Shown here: positions 28,948 through 40,011 of the stretch, piece after piece
Numbering within the stretch: position 1 is the stretch's first letter
Layout of the letters: the number at the start of each line of letters is the position of its first letter
Assembly: GCF_041886205.1 (NCBI RefSeq)
Contig: NZ_CP169029.1
Length of the DNA stretch: 64,000 bases
Reading direction: 5' to 3' (one strand)
Source: Escherichia coli
GTDB lineage: Bacteria > Pseudomonadota > Gammaproteobacteria > Enterobacterales > Enterobacteriaceae
Notes under the pieces: model-generated
Seen by the model: the letters and a program-made list of their open reading frames with translations, nothing else
Database searches by the model: none
Told to the model about the DNA's origin: nothing
Position numbers and translations under genes: made by a program

Positions 28948-30141
28948 TCAAATCTGTCGTAACTGCGCCTCAACATACAAATAGCCAATTCCCAGCACCT
29001 GTTGTGCGCGGCTTAATTGCCCGAAGCCAATTTGCGTCGCTTTCACGCTCGGTCCTTCGTCGCGGTCGAACGGGTTAAATCCTGTCTGGCGAATAATAGT
29101 ATTAAGCCAGTTCTCACCAAAGGCACAACTGCGACCGTACAACCAAATCTGATTAATATTGAGGATGTTGAGGAAGTTATACAGACTCAAACCAATGGCA
29201 TTGGCAGAGCGATCAACCCAGCTGGTGATCCACGGTTCTCCACTCTGCCAGGCAGCGATTAACTGCGCGGTTGTCAGTTTTTCAGGATCAAGCTGAGTAT
29301 TAACCGGTTGTGATTTTAGCCATACCCGCGCCTGTTTTTTTAATGCACTTAACGAGGCGACGGTTTCCAGGCAGCCGTAACGTCCACAGTCGCAGACGAC
29401 GCCATCCGGATTAACGATGGTGTGACCAATCTGTCCGCTACCATACAAACTGCCGCGATAAATTTGCTCGTTAATCACGAACGACGAGCCAATGCCGTAA
29501 TCAACGTTGATCACGCAGAAATCCCGTTCCTGCGAATTATTTTGCCATTTCTCCGCCAGCGCCAGCATCACGCAGTCATTATCGACCATCACCCGAATGC
29601 CCAGCTTCTCTTCCAGCAGATACTTCACCTCAACCGGCGTTGTCCACGGCGCTTGCGGCATGGTTTGCGATACGCCGGTCACCGGATCAACCTGCCCGTG
29701 GATTGCCAGCGCCAGATTGATGGTGCGGCCCGGCCACAGTTTGCGATGACGATGCCAGCATTTTTCGATTTCGGACAGCAGCGCCTGCGGCGTCGGTGCA
29801 TCAATCTGTAAATACTCAAATTCACCTTTCGGACTTAAACAAGCATTAGCAACCTGACACTCAATACTGGTGGGCGTCACGTTCAGGCACAGCGTCCAGT
29901 CACCTTCCGGCGCAATCAGCCATGTACCGCTACTATGCCCGCGCGTCTGGCTTTCATCGTCAATATTCACCACCCGTTTTTCGCTTTCCAGTTCCTGCAA
30001 AATATTACTGACTGCCGGAATCGAAATTTGCGCCAGCCGGGCCAGCGTTGATTTATTGGCGCGCTTTTGCCGGTACAGCAGTTCCAGAATCACGCATTTG
30101 TTATGGTGGCGAATCTGTTGATTATTAATGCAGGCTCTCAT
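28948..30141 (-). CDS. yphH: ROK-family transcriptional regulator / sugar kinase-like protein
   Basis: Start refined to MRACINNQQIRHHNK (397 aa); N-terminal HTH, ROK fold with CxCGxxGC zinc motif. Confidence 0.8.
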   Translation of the reverse strand: MRACINNQQIRHHNKCVILELLYRQKRANKSTLARLAQISIPAVSNILQELESEKRVVNIDDESQTRGHSSGTWLIAPEGDWTLCLNVTPTSIECQVANACLSPKGEFEYLQIDAPTPQALLSEIEKCWHRHRKLWPGRTINLALAIHGQVDPVTGVSQTMPQAPWTTPVEVKYLLEEKLGIRVMVDNDCVMLALAEKWQNNSQERDFCVINVDYGIGSSFVINEQIYRGSLYGSGQIGHTIVNPDGVVCDCGRYGCLETVASLSALKKQARVWLKSQPVNTQLDPEKLTTAQLIAAWQSGEPWITSWVDRSANAIGLSLYNFLNILNINQIWLYGRSCAFGENWLNTIIRQTGFNPFDRDEGPSVKATQIGFGQLSRAQQVLGIGYLYVEAQLRQI

Positions 30142-30165
30142 CTTCACTAAACCTTGTTTAGTTAA

Positions 30166-31031
30166 TTGCGTGATTATTCCGCGAAAACATTGCCAGATTG
30201 TTCAATACACTGCCACAAATCTTTTAATTCAGTATGTCTTGTTAATATTGAGGGCACCATGACTCCAGTAAAAGTGTGGCAAGAGCGCGTTGAGATCCCG
30301 ACCTATGAAACCGGGCCGCAGGATATACATCCCATGTTCCTGGAAAATCGCGTTTATCAGGGATCGTCCGGCGCGGTTTATCCCTACGGCGTGACCGATA
30401 CGCTGAGCGAGCAGAAAACCCTGAAATCCTGGCAGGCGGTGTGGCTGGAAAACGACTACATCAAAGTGATGATCCTGCCGGAACTGGGCGGTCGGGTGCA
30501 TCGCGCGTGGGATAAAGTGAAACAGCGCGATTTTGTTTATCACAATGAAGTCATTAAACCTGCGCTGGTGGGGCTGCTGGGGCCGTGGATTTCCGGTGGG
30601 ATTGAGTTTAACTGGCCGCAACATCATCGCCCGACCACCTTTATGCCCGTTGATTTCACCCTCGAAGCCCATGAAGACGGTGCACAGACGGTGTGGGTAG
30701 GCGAAACGGAGCCGATGCATGGTTTACAGGTGATGACAGGTTTCACCCTGCGCCCTGACCGGGCGGCGCTGGAAATCGCCAGCCGCGTCTATAACGGGAA
30801 CGCCACGCCGCGTCATTTCTTGTGGTGGGCCAACCCGGCAGTGAAAGGGGGGGAAGGGCATCAGAGCGTCTTCCCGCCGGATGTAACGGCGGTTTTTGAT
30901 CACGGCAAACGGGCCGTCTCCGCTTTCCCCATCGCTACCGGCACTTACTACAAAGTGGACTACTCCGCTGGAGTGGACATTTCTCGCTATAAAAATGTGC
31001 CTGTTCCAACCTCATATATGGCCGAAAAATC
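30166..31031 (+). pseudogene. yphG: yphG 5' fragment (large TPR/DUF protein), truncated by IS1
   Basis: Reading frame opens at 30166 (TTG; an ATG with GAGGG RBS lies at about 30259) and is broken at the IS1 junction; the same frame resumes exactly after the IS1 target duplication. Confidence 0.8.
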
Positions 31032-31046
31032 GGTAATGACTCCAAC

Positions 31047-31550
31047 TTATTGATAGTGTTTTATGTTCAGATAATGCCCGATAACTTTGTCATGCAGCTC
31101 CACCGATTTTGAGAACGACAGTGACTTCCTGCCCAGCCTTGCCAGATGCTGCCTCAGATTCAGGTTATGCCGCTCAATGCGCTGCGTATATCGCTTGCTG
31201 ATAACGTGCAGTTCTCCCTTCAGGCGTGATTCATAAAGCGGCCAGCCATCCGTCATCCATACCACGACCTCAAAGGCCGACAGCAGGCCCAGAAGACGCT
31301 CCAGCGTCGCCATAGTGCGTTCACCGAATACGTGCGCAACAACCGTCTTCCGGAGCCTGTCATACGCGTAAAACAGCCAGCGCTGGCGCGATTTAGCCCC
31401 GACATAGCCCCACTGTTCGTCCATTTCCGCGCAGACGATGACGTCACTGCCCGGCTGTATGCGCGAGGTTACCGACTGCGGCCTGAGTTTTTTAAGTGAC
31501 GTAAAATCGTGTTGAGGCCAACGCCCATAATGCGGGCAGTTGCCCGGCAT
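31047..31550 (-). CDS. insB: IS1 InsB (transposase C-terminal ORF; InsAB' made by -1 frameshift)
   Basis: 167-aa [19 protein letters not shown]...KHYQ recognised as IS1 InsB. Confidence 0.9.
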
Positions 31551-31744
31551 CCAACGCCATTCATGGCCATATCAATGATTTTCTGGTGCGTACCGGGTTG
31601 AGAAGCGGTGTAAGTGAACTGCAGTTGCCATGTTTTACGGCAGTGAGAGCAGAGATAGCGCTGATGTCCGGCGGTGCTTTTGCCGTTACGTACCACCCCG
31701 TCAGTAGCTGAACAGGAGGGACAGCTGATAGAAACAGAAGCCAC
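31469..31744 (-). CDS. insA: IS1 InsA (transposition repressor)
   Basis: 91-aa [46 protein letters not shown] (zinc-finger-like), GTG start; A6C slippery site ttaaaaaac at its 3' end. Confidence 0.9.
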
Positions 31745-31799
31745 TGGAGCACCTCAAAAACACCATCATACACTAAATCAGTAAGTTGGCAGCATCACC

Positions 31800-34316
31800 G
31801 AAAAATCGCAGTACGATTTTGTCGGCGCGTGGTGTCACGATGAAGATGGCGGTTTGCTGCACGTTGCCAACCACCATATTGCGCCAGGTAAAAAACAGTG
31901 GAGTTGGGGACACAGTGAATTTGGCCAGGCGTGGGATAAGAGTCTGACCGACAATAACGGCCCGTATATCGAACTGATGACCGGTATTTTTGCCGATAAC
32001 CAGCCCGATTTTACCTGGCTTGATGCTTACGAAGAGAAGCGTTTTGAGCAGTATTTCCTGCCTTATCATTCTTTGGGCATGGTGCAAAATGCCTCCCGCG
32101 ATGCGGTGATAAAACTCCAGCGTAGTGAGCGGGGGATTGAGTGGGGGCTGTATGCCATCTCTCCGTTGAACGGATACCGCCTGGCGATCCGCGAAATCGG
32201 CAAATGCAACGCGTTACTTGATGATGCCGTGGCACTGATGCCTGCGACCGCCATCCAGGGCGTGTTGCACGGTATCAATCCTGAAAGGCTGACCATTGAG
32301 CTCTCCGATGCCGACGGCAATATTGTACTGAGTTATCAGGAACATCAGCCGCAAGAGTTGCCGTTGCCGGACGTCGCCAAAGCGCCACTGGCAGCACAAG
32401 ACATTACCAGTACAGATGAAGCCTGGTTTATCGGTCAGCATCTGGAGCAATATCATCACGCCAGCCGTTCACCGTTCGATTACTACCTGCGCGGCGTGGC
32501 GCTGGATCCGCTGGATTACCGCTGTAACCTGGCGCTAGCGATGCTGGAATATAACCGTGCCGATTTCCCGCAAGCGGTGGCGTATGCCACTCAGGCTCTG
32601 AAACGCGCACATGCGCTGAACAAAAATCCGCAGTGCGGACAGGCGAGTTTGATTCGCGCCAGTGCTTACGAACGTCAGGGACAATATCAACAAGCCGAAG
32701 AGGATTTCTGGCGGGCGGTCTGGAGCGGCAACAGCAAAGCCGGTGGCTATTATGGCCTGGCACGACTGGCTGCGCGTAATGGTAACTTCGACGCGGGTCT
32801 GGATTTTTGCCAACAAAGTCTTCGCGCCTGCCCAACCAATCAGGAAGTGCTTTGCCTGCATAACCTGCTGCTGGTGTTAAGTGGTCGTCAGGACAACGCG
32901 CGTTTGCAGCGCGAGAAACTGCTGCGCGATTATCCGCTGAACGCCACTCTGTGGTGGCTGAACTGGTTCGATGGTCGTAGCGAATCAGCCCTCGCGCAGT
33001 GGCGCGGTCTGTGTCAGGGACGCGACGTTAACGCTCTGATGACCGCCGGGCAACTGATTAACTGGGGAATGCCCACCCTGGCGGCAGAGATGCTGAACGC
33101 ACTGGACTGTCAGCGCACGTTATCGCTTTATCTACAAGCCAGCTTGCTGCCGAAAGCCGAACGCGGCGAACTGGTCGCAAAAGCCATTGATGTCTTCCCG
33201 CAGTTTGTCCGTTTCCCGAATACGCTGGAAGAAGTGGCGGCGCTGGAGAGTATTGAAGAGTGCTGGTTTGCTCGCCATTTACTGGCCTGCTTCTACTACA
33301 ACAAACGTAGCTACAACAAAGCCATTGCCTTATGGCAACGTTGCGTAGAGATGTCGCCGGAGTTTGCCGACGGCTGGCGCGGGTTAGCGATCCATGCGTG
33401 GAATAAGCAACACGATTATGAGCTGGCCGCGCGTTATCTTGATAATGCTTATCAGCTTGCGCCGCAGGATGCACGTCTGCTTTTCGAACGGGATTTGCTT
33501 GATAAGTTAAGTGGAGCCACACCGGAGAAACGACTGGCGCGTCTGGAAAATAATCTGGAAATTGCGCTGAAACGCGACGACATGACCGCAGAACTGCTCA
33601 ATTTGTGGCATCTCACGGGGCAGGCAGACAAAGCGGCGGACATTCTCGCCACGCGTAAATTCCACCCGTGGGAAGGCGGGGAAGGGAAGGTCACCAGTCA
33701 GTTTATCCTCAACCAGTTATTACGCGCCTGGCAGCATCTTGATGCCAGAGAGCCGCAGCAGGCCAGCGAACTGCTTCATGCCGCGCTGTATTATCCGGAG
33801 AATTTAAGCGAAGGCCGTTTACCGGGGCAAACTGATAACGACATCTGGTTCTGGCAGGCGATATGCGCCAACGCGCAGGGCGATGAAACTGAAGCGATGC
33901 GTTGTTTACGTCTGGCGGCGACCGGCGATCGCACCATTAACATCCACAGTTATTACAACGATCAGCCGGTTGATTATCTCTTCTGGCAAGGAATGGCGCT
34001 GCGACTGCTGGGTGAACAGCAAACCGCACAGCAACTGTTTAGTGAAATGAAACAGTGGGCGCAAGAGATGGCGAAAACCAGTATTGAGGCGGATTTCTTT
34101 GCTGTTTCACAACCTGACCTGTTGTCGCTGTATGGCGATTTACAACAGCAGCATAAAGAAAAATGCCTGATGGTGGCGATGCTGGCGTCCGCGGGACTCG
34201 GGGAGGTTGCGCAATATGAATCTGCTCGCGCTGAATTGACGGCGATTAATCCGGCCTGGCCGAAAGCGGCATTATTCACCACCGTGATGCCTTTTATTTT
34301 TAACTACGTTCACTAA
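31800..34316 (+). pseudogene. yphG: yphG 3' fragment (TPR-repeat region), downstream of IS1
   Basis: Frame continues from the target duplication to stop at 34316; removing IS1 plus one repeat copy restores a single 3375-bp ORF (1124 aa). Confidence 0.8.
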
Positions 34317-34412
34317 ACCCTATTAACTGTAATATTTGAGCGGCACGCGCTGCCGCTCATCACAAAATAATTAGAATAAGCCGTTGTTAATAAAAACCCT
34401 ACAGGAGGCACT

Positions 34413-35396
34413 ATGCCTAAAAAAATGAGAACAACCCGTAATCTATTATTAATGGCTACGCTATTAGGTAGCGCACTATTTGCCAGGGCTGCGGATAAAG
34501 AAATGACCATTGGTGCAATATACCTTGATACCCAGGGATATTACGCTGGAGTGCGTCAGGGCGTTCAGGATGCGGCAAAAGATTCTTCAGTACAGGTACA
34601 GTTAATTGAAACTAACGCCCAGGGTGATATTTCGAAAGAAAGTACCTTTGTTGATACCCTCGTGGCGCGTAATGTCGATGCCATTATTTTATCGGCAGTG
34701 TCTGAAAATGGCAGTAGCCGTACCGTTCGTCGCGCCAGTGAAGCGGGTATTCCGGTGATTTGCTACAACACCTGTATTAATCAAAAGGGTGTCGATAAAT
34801 ATGTCTCGGCGTATCTGGTCGGCGATCCACTGGAATTTGGTAAAAAACTGGGTAACGCTGCCGCCGATTATTTTATTGCCAATAAAATTGACCAGCCGAA
34901 AATTGCCGTCATCAATTGCGAAGCCTTTGAAGTTTGTGTGCAGCGACGTAAAGGATTTGAAGAAGTATTAAAATCCCGCGTTCCCGGCGCGCAAATTGTC
35001 GCTAATCAGGAAGGGACTGTTTTAGATAAAGCGATTTCCGTTGGTGAAAAACTGATTATCTCCACGCCGGATCTCAACGCCATTATGGGGGAGTCGGGCG
35101 GTGCGACACTCGGCGCGGTAAAAGCGGTACGTAATCAAAATCAGGCCGGAAAAATTGCTGTTTTCGGTTCGGATATGACAACCGAAATTGCTCAGGAGCT
35201 GGAAAACAATCAGGTGCTGAAAGCGGTAGTGGATATTTCCGGTAAGAAAATGGGCAATGCTGTTTTCGCGCAAACATTGAAGGTTATCAATAAACAAGCC
35301 GACGGTGAAAAAGTGATTCAGGTGCCAATCGATCTCTATACCAAAACGGAAGATGGTAAACAGTGGCTGGCAACGCACGTTGATGGTCTGCCCTAA
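34413..35396 (+). CDS. yphF: periplasmic sugar-binding protein of ABC transporter
   Basis: 327-aa ORF with signal peptide and type I periplasmic binding fold. Confidence 0.85.
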   Translation: MPKKMRTTRNLLLMATLLGSALFARAADKEMTIGAIYLDTQGYYAGVRQGVQDAAKDSSVQVQLIETNAQGDISKESTFVDTLVARNVDAIILSAVSENGSSRTVRRASEAGIPVICYNTCINQKGVDKYVSAYLVGDPLEFGKKLGNAAADYFIANKIDQPKIAVINCEAFEVCVQRRKGFEEVLKSRVPGAQIVANQEGTVLDKAISVGEKLIISTPDLNAIMGESGGATLGAVKAVRNQNQAGKIAVFGSDMTTEIAQELENNQVLKAVVDISGKKMGNAVFAQTLKVINKQADGEKVIQVPIDLYTKTEDGKQWLATHVDGLP

Positions 35397-35418
35397 TCGC
35401 TGATTCGCAGAGGTCCCT

Positions 35419-36930
35419 ATGTTCACGGCAACAGAGGCAGTCCCGGTAGCAAAAGTGGTGGCAGGAAATAAGCGTTATCCCGGCGTCGTTGCGTTGGATA
35501 ACGTTAACTTCACGCTCAATAAAGGCGAAGTTCGTGCGCTGTTAGGCAAAAACGGCGCGGGCAAATCGACCCTCATTCGAATGCTTACCGGTAGCGAACG
35601 TCCGGATAGCGGTGATATCTGGATTGGCGAGACGCGACTGGAAGGCGACGAAGCTACGCTGACTCGCCGTGCCGCTGAACTGGGGGTACGCGCGGTTTAT
35701 CAGGAGTTAAGTCTGGTGGAAGGGCTGACGGTGGCGGAAAACCTCTGCCTCGGTCAGTGGCCCCGCCGCAACGGCATGATTGATTACCTGCAAATGGCGC
35801 AGGATGCCCAACGTTGCTTACAGGCGTTGGGCGTTGACGTTAGTCCTGAACAACTTGTTTCAACACTAAGCCCGGCGCAAAAGCAGCTGGTGGAAATTGC
35901 GCGGGTGATGAAGGGCGAGCCGCGCGTGGTCATTCTTGATGAACCTACCAGTTCGCTTGCCAGTGCGGAAGTTGAACTGGTGATCAGCGCGGTGAAAAAG
36001 ATGTCGGCACTGGGCGTGGCGGTAATTTATGTCAGCCACCGGATGGAAGAAATTCGCCGCATTGCCTCCTGTGCCACCGTTATGCGCGATGGTCAGGTGG
36101 CGGGCGATGTGATGCTCGAAAACACCTCCACGCATCATATTGTGTCGCTGATGCTCGGGCGCGATCACGTTGATATTGCGCCGGTTGCCCCTCAGGAAAT
36201 TGTGGATCAGGCCGTACTGGAAGTCCGTGCGTTACGCCATAAGCCCAAGCTGGAGGATATCAGTTTTACGCTACGTCGTGGCGAAGTGCTCGGCATTGCT
36301 GGTCTGCTGGGGGCAGGGCGCAGTGAATTGCTGAAGGCGATTGTTGGGCTGGAGGAGTATGAACAGGGCGAAATTGTTATCAACGGCGAGAAAATCACGC
36401 GCCCCGATTACGGCGACATGCTGAAACGCGGCATTGGCTATACGCCAGAAAACCGCAAAGAAGCGGGGATCATTCCCTGGTTGGGCGTTGACGAAAATAC
36501 AGTGCTGACCAATCGGCAAAAAATCAGCGCCAACGGTGTGCTGCAATGGTCCACCATCCGCCGCCTGACCGAAGAAGTGATGCAGCGGATGACGGTCAAG
36601 GCCGCCAGTAGCGAAACGCCCATCGGCACGCTTTCTGGCGGCAATCAGCAAAAAGTAGTGATCGGTCGTTGGGTCTATGCCGCCAGCCAGATTTTGTTGC
36701 TCGACGAGCCAACGCGCGGCGTCGATATCGAAGCCAAACAGCAGATTTACCGTATTGTCCGTGAGCTGGCTGCCGAAGGAAAAAGTGTGGTGTTTATCTC
36801 CAGTGAAGTGGAGGAGTTGCCGCTGGTGTGTGACCGCATCCTGTTATTACAGCACGGCACGTTCTCGCAGGAGTTTCACTCGCCGGTCAATGTGGATGAG
36901 CTGATGTCCGCCATTCTGTCTGTGCACTGA
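35419..36930 (+). CDS. yphE: sugar ABC transporter ATP-binding protein (duplicated ABC domains)
   Basis: 503-aa ORF with two Walker A motifs (GKNGAGKST, GLLGAGRSEL) and signature LSGGNQQK. Confidence 0.85.
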   Translation: MFTATEAVPVAKVVAGNKRYPGVVALDNVNFTLNKGEVRALLGKNGAGKSTLIRMLTGSERPDSGDIWIGETRLEGDEATLTRRAAELGVRAVYQELSLVEGLTVAENLCLGQWPRRNGMIDYLQMAQDAQRCLQALGVDVSPEQLVSTLSPAQKQLVEIARVMKGEPRVVILDEPTSSLASAEVELVISAVKKMSALGVAVIYVSHRMEEIRRIASCATVMRDGQVAGDVMLENTSTHHIVSLMLGRDHVDIAPVAPQEIVDQAVLEVRALRHKPKLEDISFTLRRGEVLGIAGLLGAGRSELLKAIVGLEEYEQGEIVINGEKITRPDYGDMLKRGIGYTPENRKEAGIIPWLGVDENTVLTNRQKISANGVLQWSTIRRLTEEVMQRMTVKAASSETPIGTLSGGNQQKVVIGRWVYAASQILLLDEPTRGVDIEAKQQIYRIVRELAAEGKSVVFISSEVEELPLVCDRILLLQHGTFSQEFHSPVNVDELMSAILSVH

Positions 36931-36954
36931 TGAATTTTACCGAGGAACCTGAAG

Positions 36955-37953
36955 ATGTCTGCTTCGTCATTACCATTGCCGCAGGGCAAGAGCGTCTCGC
37001 TCAAACAATTTGTCAGTCGCCATATTAATGAGATCGGTTTGCTGGTGGTGATTGCCATTCTTTATCTGGTCTTCTCCCTGAACGCGCCTGGCTTTATCTC
37101 ATTGAATAACCAGATGAACGTGCTGCGCGATGCCGCCACCATTGGGATTGCCGCCTGGGCGATGACGCTGATTATTATCTCCGGTGAGATTGATGTCAGC
37201 GTTGGGCCGATGGTGGCTTTTGTCTCGGTGTGCCTGGCATTTTTGCTGCAATTTGAAGTTCCGCTGGCGGTGGCGTGCCTGCTGGTGTTGCTGTTAGGCG
37301 CGCTGATGGGAACGCTGGCCGGGGTGCTGCGCGGCGTGTTTAATGTACCAAGTTTCGTTGCCACACTGGGGCTGTGGAGCGCCCTGCGCGGAATGGGGCT
37401 GTTTATGACGAACGCACTGCCAGTGCCGATTGATGAAAACGAGGTGCTGGACTGGCTGGGCGGACAATTTCTCGGTGTGCCGGTATCCGCGCTGATCATG
37501 ATTGTGTTGTTTGCGCTGTTTGTGTTCATCAGCCGCAAAACCGCCTTCGGGCGCTCGGTTTTTGCCGTTGGCGGTAATGCTACGGCGGCGCAGTTGTGCG
37601 GCATCAACGTTCGTCGGGTGCGCATTCTTATCTTTACCCTTTCGGGATTATTAGCGGCGGTGACCGGCATTTTGTTGGCGGCGCGCCTCGGTTCTGGTAA
37701 CGCAGGTGCCGCAAACGGTCTGGAGTTTGACGTCATCGCCGCGGTCGTGGTCGGCGGTACGGCACTTTCCGGCGGTCGCGGTTCCCTGTTCGGTACATTG
37801 CTTGGTGTGCTGGTGATTACGCTAATCGGTAACGGTCTGGTGCTGCTCGGTATTAACTCCTTTTTCCAGCAGGTGGTACGCGGCGTCATCATCGTGGTGG
37901 CGGTGCTGGCGAATATCTTGCTGACCCAGCGAAGCAGTAAAGCGAAACGCTAA
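36955..37953 (+). CDS. yphD: sugar ABC transporter permease
   Basis: 332-aa polytopic membrane ORF. Confidence 0.85.
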   Translation: MSASSLPLPQGKSVSLKQFVSRHINEIGLLVVIAILYLVFSLNAPGFISLNNQMNVLRDAATIGIAAWAMTLIIISGEIDVSVGPMVAFVSVCLAFLLQFEVPLAVACLLVLLLGALMGTLAGVLRGVFNVPSFVATLGLWSALRGMGLFMTNALPVPIDENEVLDWLGGQFLGVPVSALIMIVLFALFVFISRKTAFGRSVFAVGGNATAAQLCGINVRRVRILIFTLSGLLAAVTGILLAARLGSGNAGAANGLEFDVIAAVVVGGTALSGGRGSLFGTLLGVLVITLIGNGLVLLGINSFFQQVVRGVIIVVAVLANILLTQRSSKAKR

Positions 37954-38018
37954 ACCTTAACGCCCCTGGCGCGGGTGCGGCAGGGATGAAAATTAATCGT
38001 ATTGTTAATGAGGGATTT

Positions 38019-39080
38019 ATGAAAACGATGCTGGCAGCTTATTTACCAGGAAATTCGACCGTCGATCTGCGGGAAGTTGCGGTGCCGACGCCGGGGATTA
38101 ACCAGGTACTGATCAAAATGAAATCCTCCGGGATTTGCGGAAGCGATGTCCACTATATCTATCATCAACACCGTGCCACAGCGGCGGCACCCGATAAACC
38201 GTTATACCAGGGCTTTATCAACGGTCATGAACCGTGCGGGCAGATTGTGGCGATGGGGCAAGGCTGCCGCCATTTTAAAGAGGGCGACCGCGTGCTGGTG
38301 TATCACATTTCTGGCTGTGGTTTTTGCCCGAACTGCCGCCGCGGCTTTCCTATCTCTTGTACTGGCAAAGGAAAAGCGGCTTACGGCTGGCAGCGTGACG
38401 GCGGTCATGCCGAATATCTGCTGGCGGAAGAAAAAGATCTGATCCTCCTGCCGGATGCGCTGAGCTACGAAGATGGTGCGTTTATCAGTTGCGGCGTTGG
38501 CACGGCCTATGAAGGGATTTTGCGCGGCGAAGTTTCCGGCAGCGATAACGTGCTGGTGGTCGGTCTGGGGCCGGTCGGCATGATGGCGATGATGCTGGCG
38601 AAAGGTCGCGGTGCAAAACGGATCATCGGCGTTGATATGCTGCCGGAACGTCTGGCGATGGCAAAACAGTTAGGGGTGATGGATCACGGCTATTTAGCAA
38701 CCACCGAAGGTCTGCCGCAGATTATCGCCGAACTCACCCACGGTGGCGCGGATGTTGCGCTCGATTGTTCTGGTAATGCCGCAGGTCGCTTGCTGGCACT
38801 GCAATCCACCGCTGACTGGGGACGGGTGGTTTACATTGGTGAAACCGGAAAAGTGGAATTCGAGGTCAGCGCCGATCTGATGCACCATCAACGGCGGATT
38901 ATCGGCTCCTGGGTGACCAGTCTGTTCCATATGGAAAAATGCGCCCATGATCTGACGGACTGGAAACTGTGGCCGCGTAACGCCATTACCCATCGCTTCA
39001 CGCTGGAACAGGCTGGAGATGCCTATGCGCTGATGGCGAGCGGCAAATGCGGGAAAGTTGTGATTAACTTCCCGGATTAA
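38019..39080 (+). CDS. yphC: zinc-dependent alcohol/polyol dehydrogenase (MDR family)
   Basis: Start refined to MKTMLAAYLPG (353 aa) with GAGGGA RBS; GICGSDVH catalytic zinc and GLGPVG NAD motifs. Confidence 0.8.
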   Translation: MKTMLAAYLPGNSTVDLREVAVPTPGINQVLIKMKSSGICGSDVHYIYHQHRATAAAPDKPLYQGFINGHEPCGQIVAMGQGCRHFKEGDRVLVYHISGCGFCPNCRRGFPISCTGKGKAAYGWQRDGGHAEYLLAEEKDLILLPDALSYEDGAFISCGVGTAYEGILRGEVSGSDNVLVVGLGPVGMMAMMLAKGRGAKRIIGVDMLPERLAMAKQLGVMDHGYLATTEGLPQIIAELTHGGADVALDCSGNAAGRLLALQSTADWGRVVYIGETGKVEFEVSADLMHHQRRIIGSWVTSLFHMEKCAHDLTDWKLWPRNAITHRFTLEQAGDAYALMASGKCGKVVINFPD

Positions 39081-39091
39081 GGAGTTAGCGG

Positions 39092-39964
39092 ATGACCATC
39101 TATACCTTATCCCACGGGTCGCTAAAGCTGGACGTTTCTGACCAGGGCGGCGTAATCGAAGGCTTCTGGCGCGATACGACGCCGCTCTTACGTCCTGGTA
39201 AAAAAAGCGGTGTGGCAACCGATGCCTCCTGTTTTCCGCTGGTGCCATTTGCAAACCGGGTGAGCGGCAACCGTTTTGTCTGGCAGGGGCGTGAGTATCA
39301 ACTGCAACCGAATGTTGAGTGGGATGCGCACTATCTACACGGCGATGGCTGGCTGGGCGAGTGGCAATGTGTCTCGCACAGCGATGATAGTTTGTGTCTG
39401 GTGTATGAACATCGCAGCGGTGTCTATCACTATCGGGTAAGTCAGGCGTTTCATTTAACGGCGGATACGCTGACGGTGACGCTCTCTGTCACCAATCAAG
39501 GGGCAGAGACGCTGCCATTTGGTACCGGCTGGCATCCTTATTTTCCGTTGTCACCACAAACGCGGATTCAGGCGCAGGCGAGCGGTTACTGGCTGGAACG
39601 GGAGCAGTGGCTGGCGGGTGAGTTTTGCGAGCAGCTACCGCAGGAACTGGATTTTAACCAGCTCGCGCCGTTGCCGCGCCAGTGGGTGAACAATGGTTTT
39701 GCCGGATGGAATGGTCAGGCCCGCATCGAGCAGCCGCAGGAAGGTTATGCCATCATCATGGAAACGACGCCACCTGCACCGTGTTATTTCATCTTTGTTT
39801 CCGACCCTGCGTTTGATAAAGGATATGCGTTTGATTTCTTCTGTCTGGAACCGATGAGCCATGCGCCGGATGATCATCATCGCCCGGAAGGGGGTGATCT
39901 CATTGCGCTAGCACCAGGGGAATCAACAACTTCAGAGATGTCGTTGCGGGTAGAGTGGCTGTAA
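39092..39964 (+). CDS. yphB: aldose 1-epimerase family protein
   Basis: 290-aa ORF, mutarotase-like fold. Confidence 0.75.
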   Translation: MTIYTLSHGSLKLDVSDQGGVIEGFWRDTTPLLRPGKKSGVATDASCFPLVPFANRVSGNRFVWQGREYQLQPNVEWDAHYLHGDGWLGEWQCVSHSDDSLCLVYEHRSGVYHYRVSQAFHLTADTLTVTLSVTNQGAETLPFGTGWHPYFPLSPQTRIQAQASGYWLEREQWLAGEFCEQLPQELDFNQLAPLPRQWVNNGFAGWNGQARIEQPQEGYAIIMETTPPAPCYFIFVSDPAFDKGYAFDFFCLEPMSHAPDDHHRPEGGDLIALAPGESTTSEMSLRVEWL

Positions 39965-39974
39965 TTTATTAAAT

Positions 39975-40004
39975 GCCGGATAAGGCGTTCACGCCGCATC
40001 CGGC
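39975..40004. repeat. REP element between yphB and yphA
   Basis: gccggataaggcgttcacgccgcatccggc, canonical REP palindrome. Confidence 0.6.
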
Positions 40005-40011
40005 ATCTTTC

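Larger units (their letters stand above)
31032..31799 (-). mobile_element. IS1 insertion sequence, complete (768 bp)
   Basis: Terminal inverted repeats ggtaatgactccaacttattgat (left) and atcagtaagttggcagcatcacc (right); encodes InsA and InsB; flanked by direct repeat gaaaaatc(g) at 31024-31031 and 31800-31807. Confidence 0.92.

Noticed and set aside
31023-31808. Whether the IS1 target duplication is 8 bp (gaaaaatc) or 9 bp (gaaaaatcg)
   Set aside because: The base adjoining the IS end is G on both sides, so the boundary is ambiguous by one nucleotide; both readings give the same restored yphG frame, so no separate call was made
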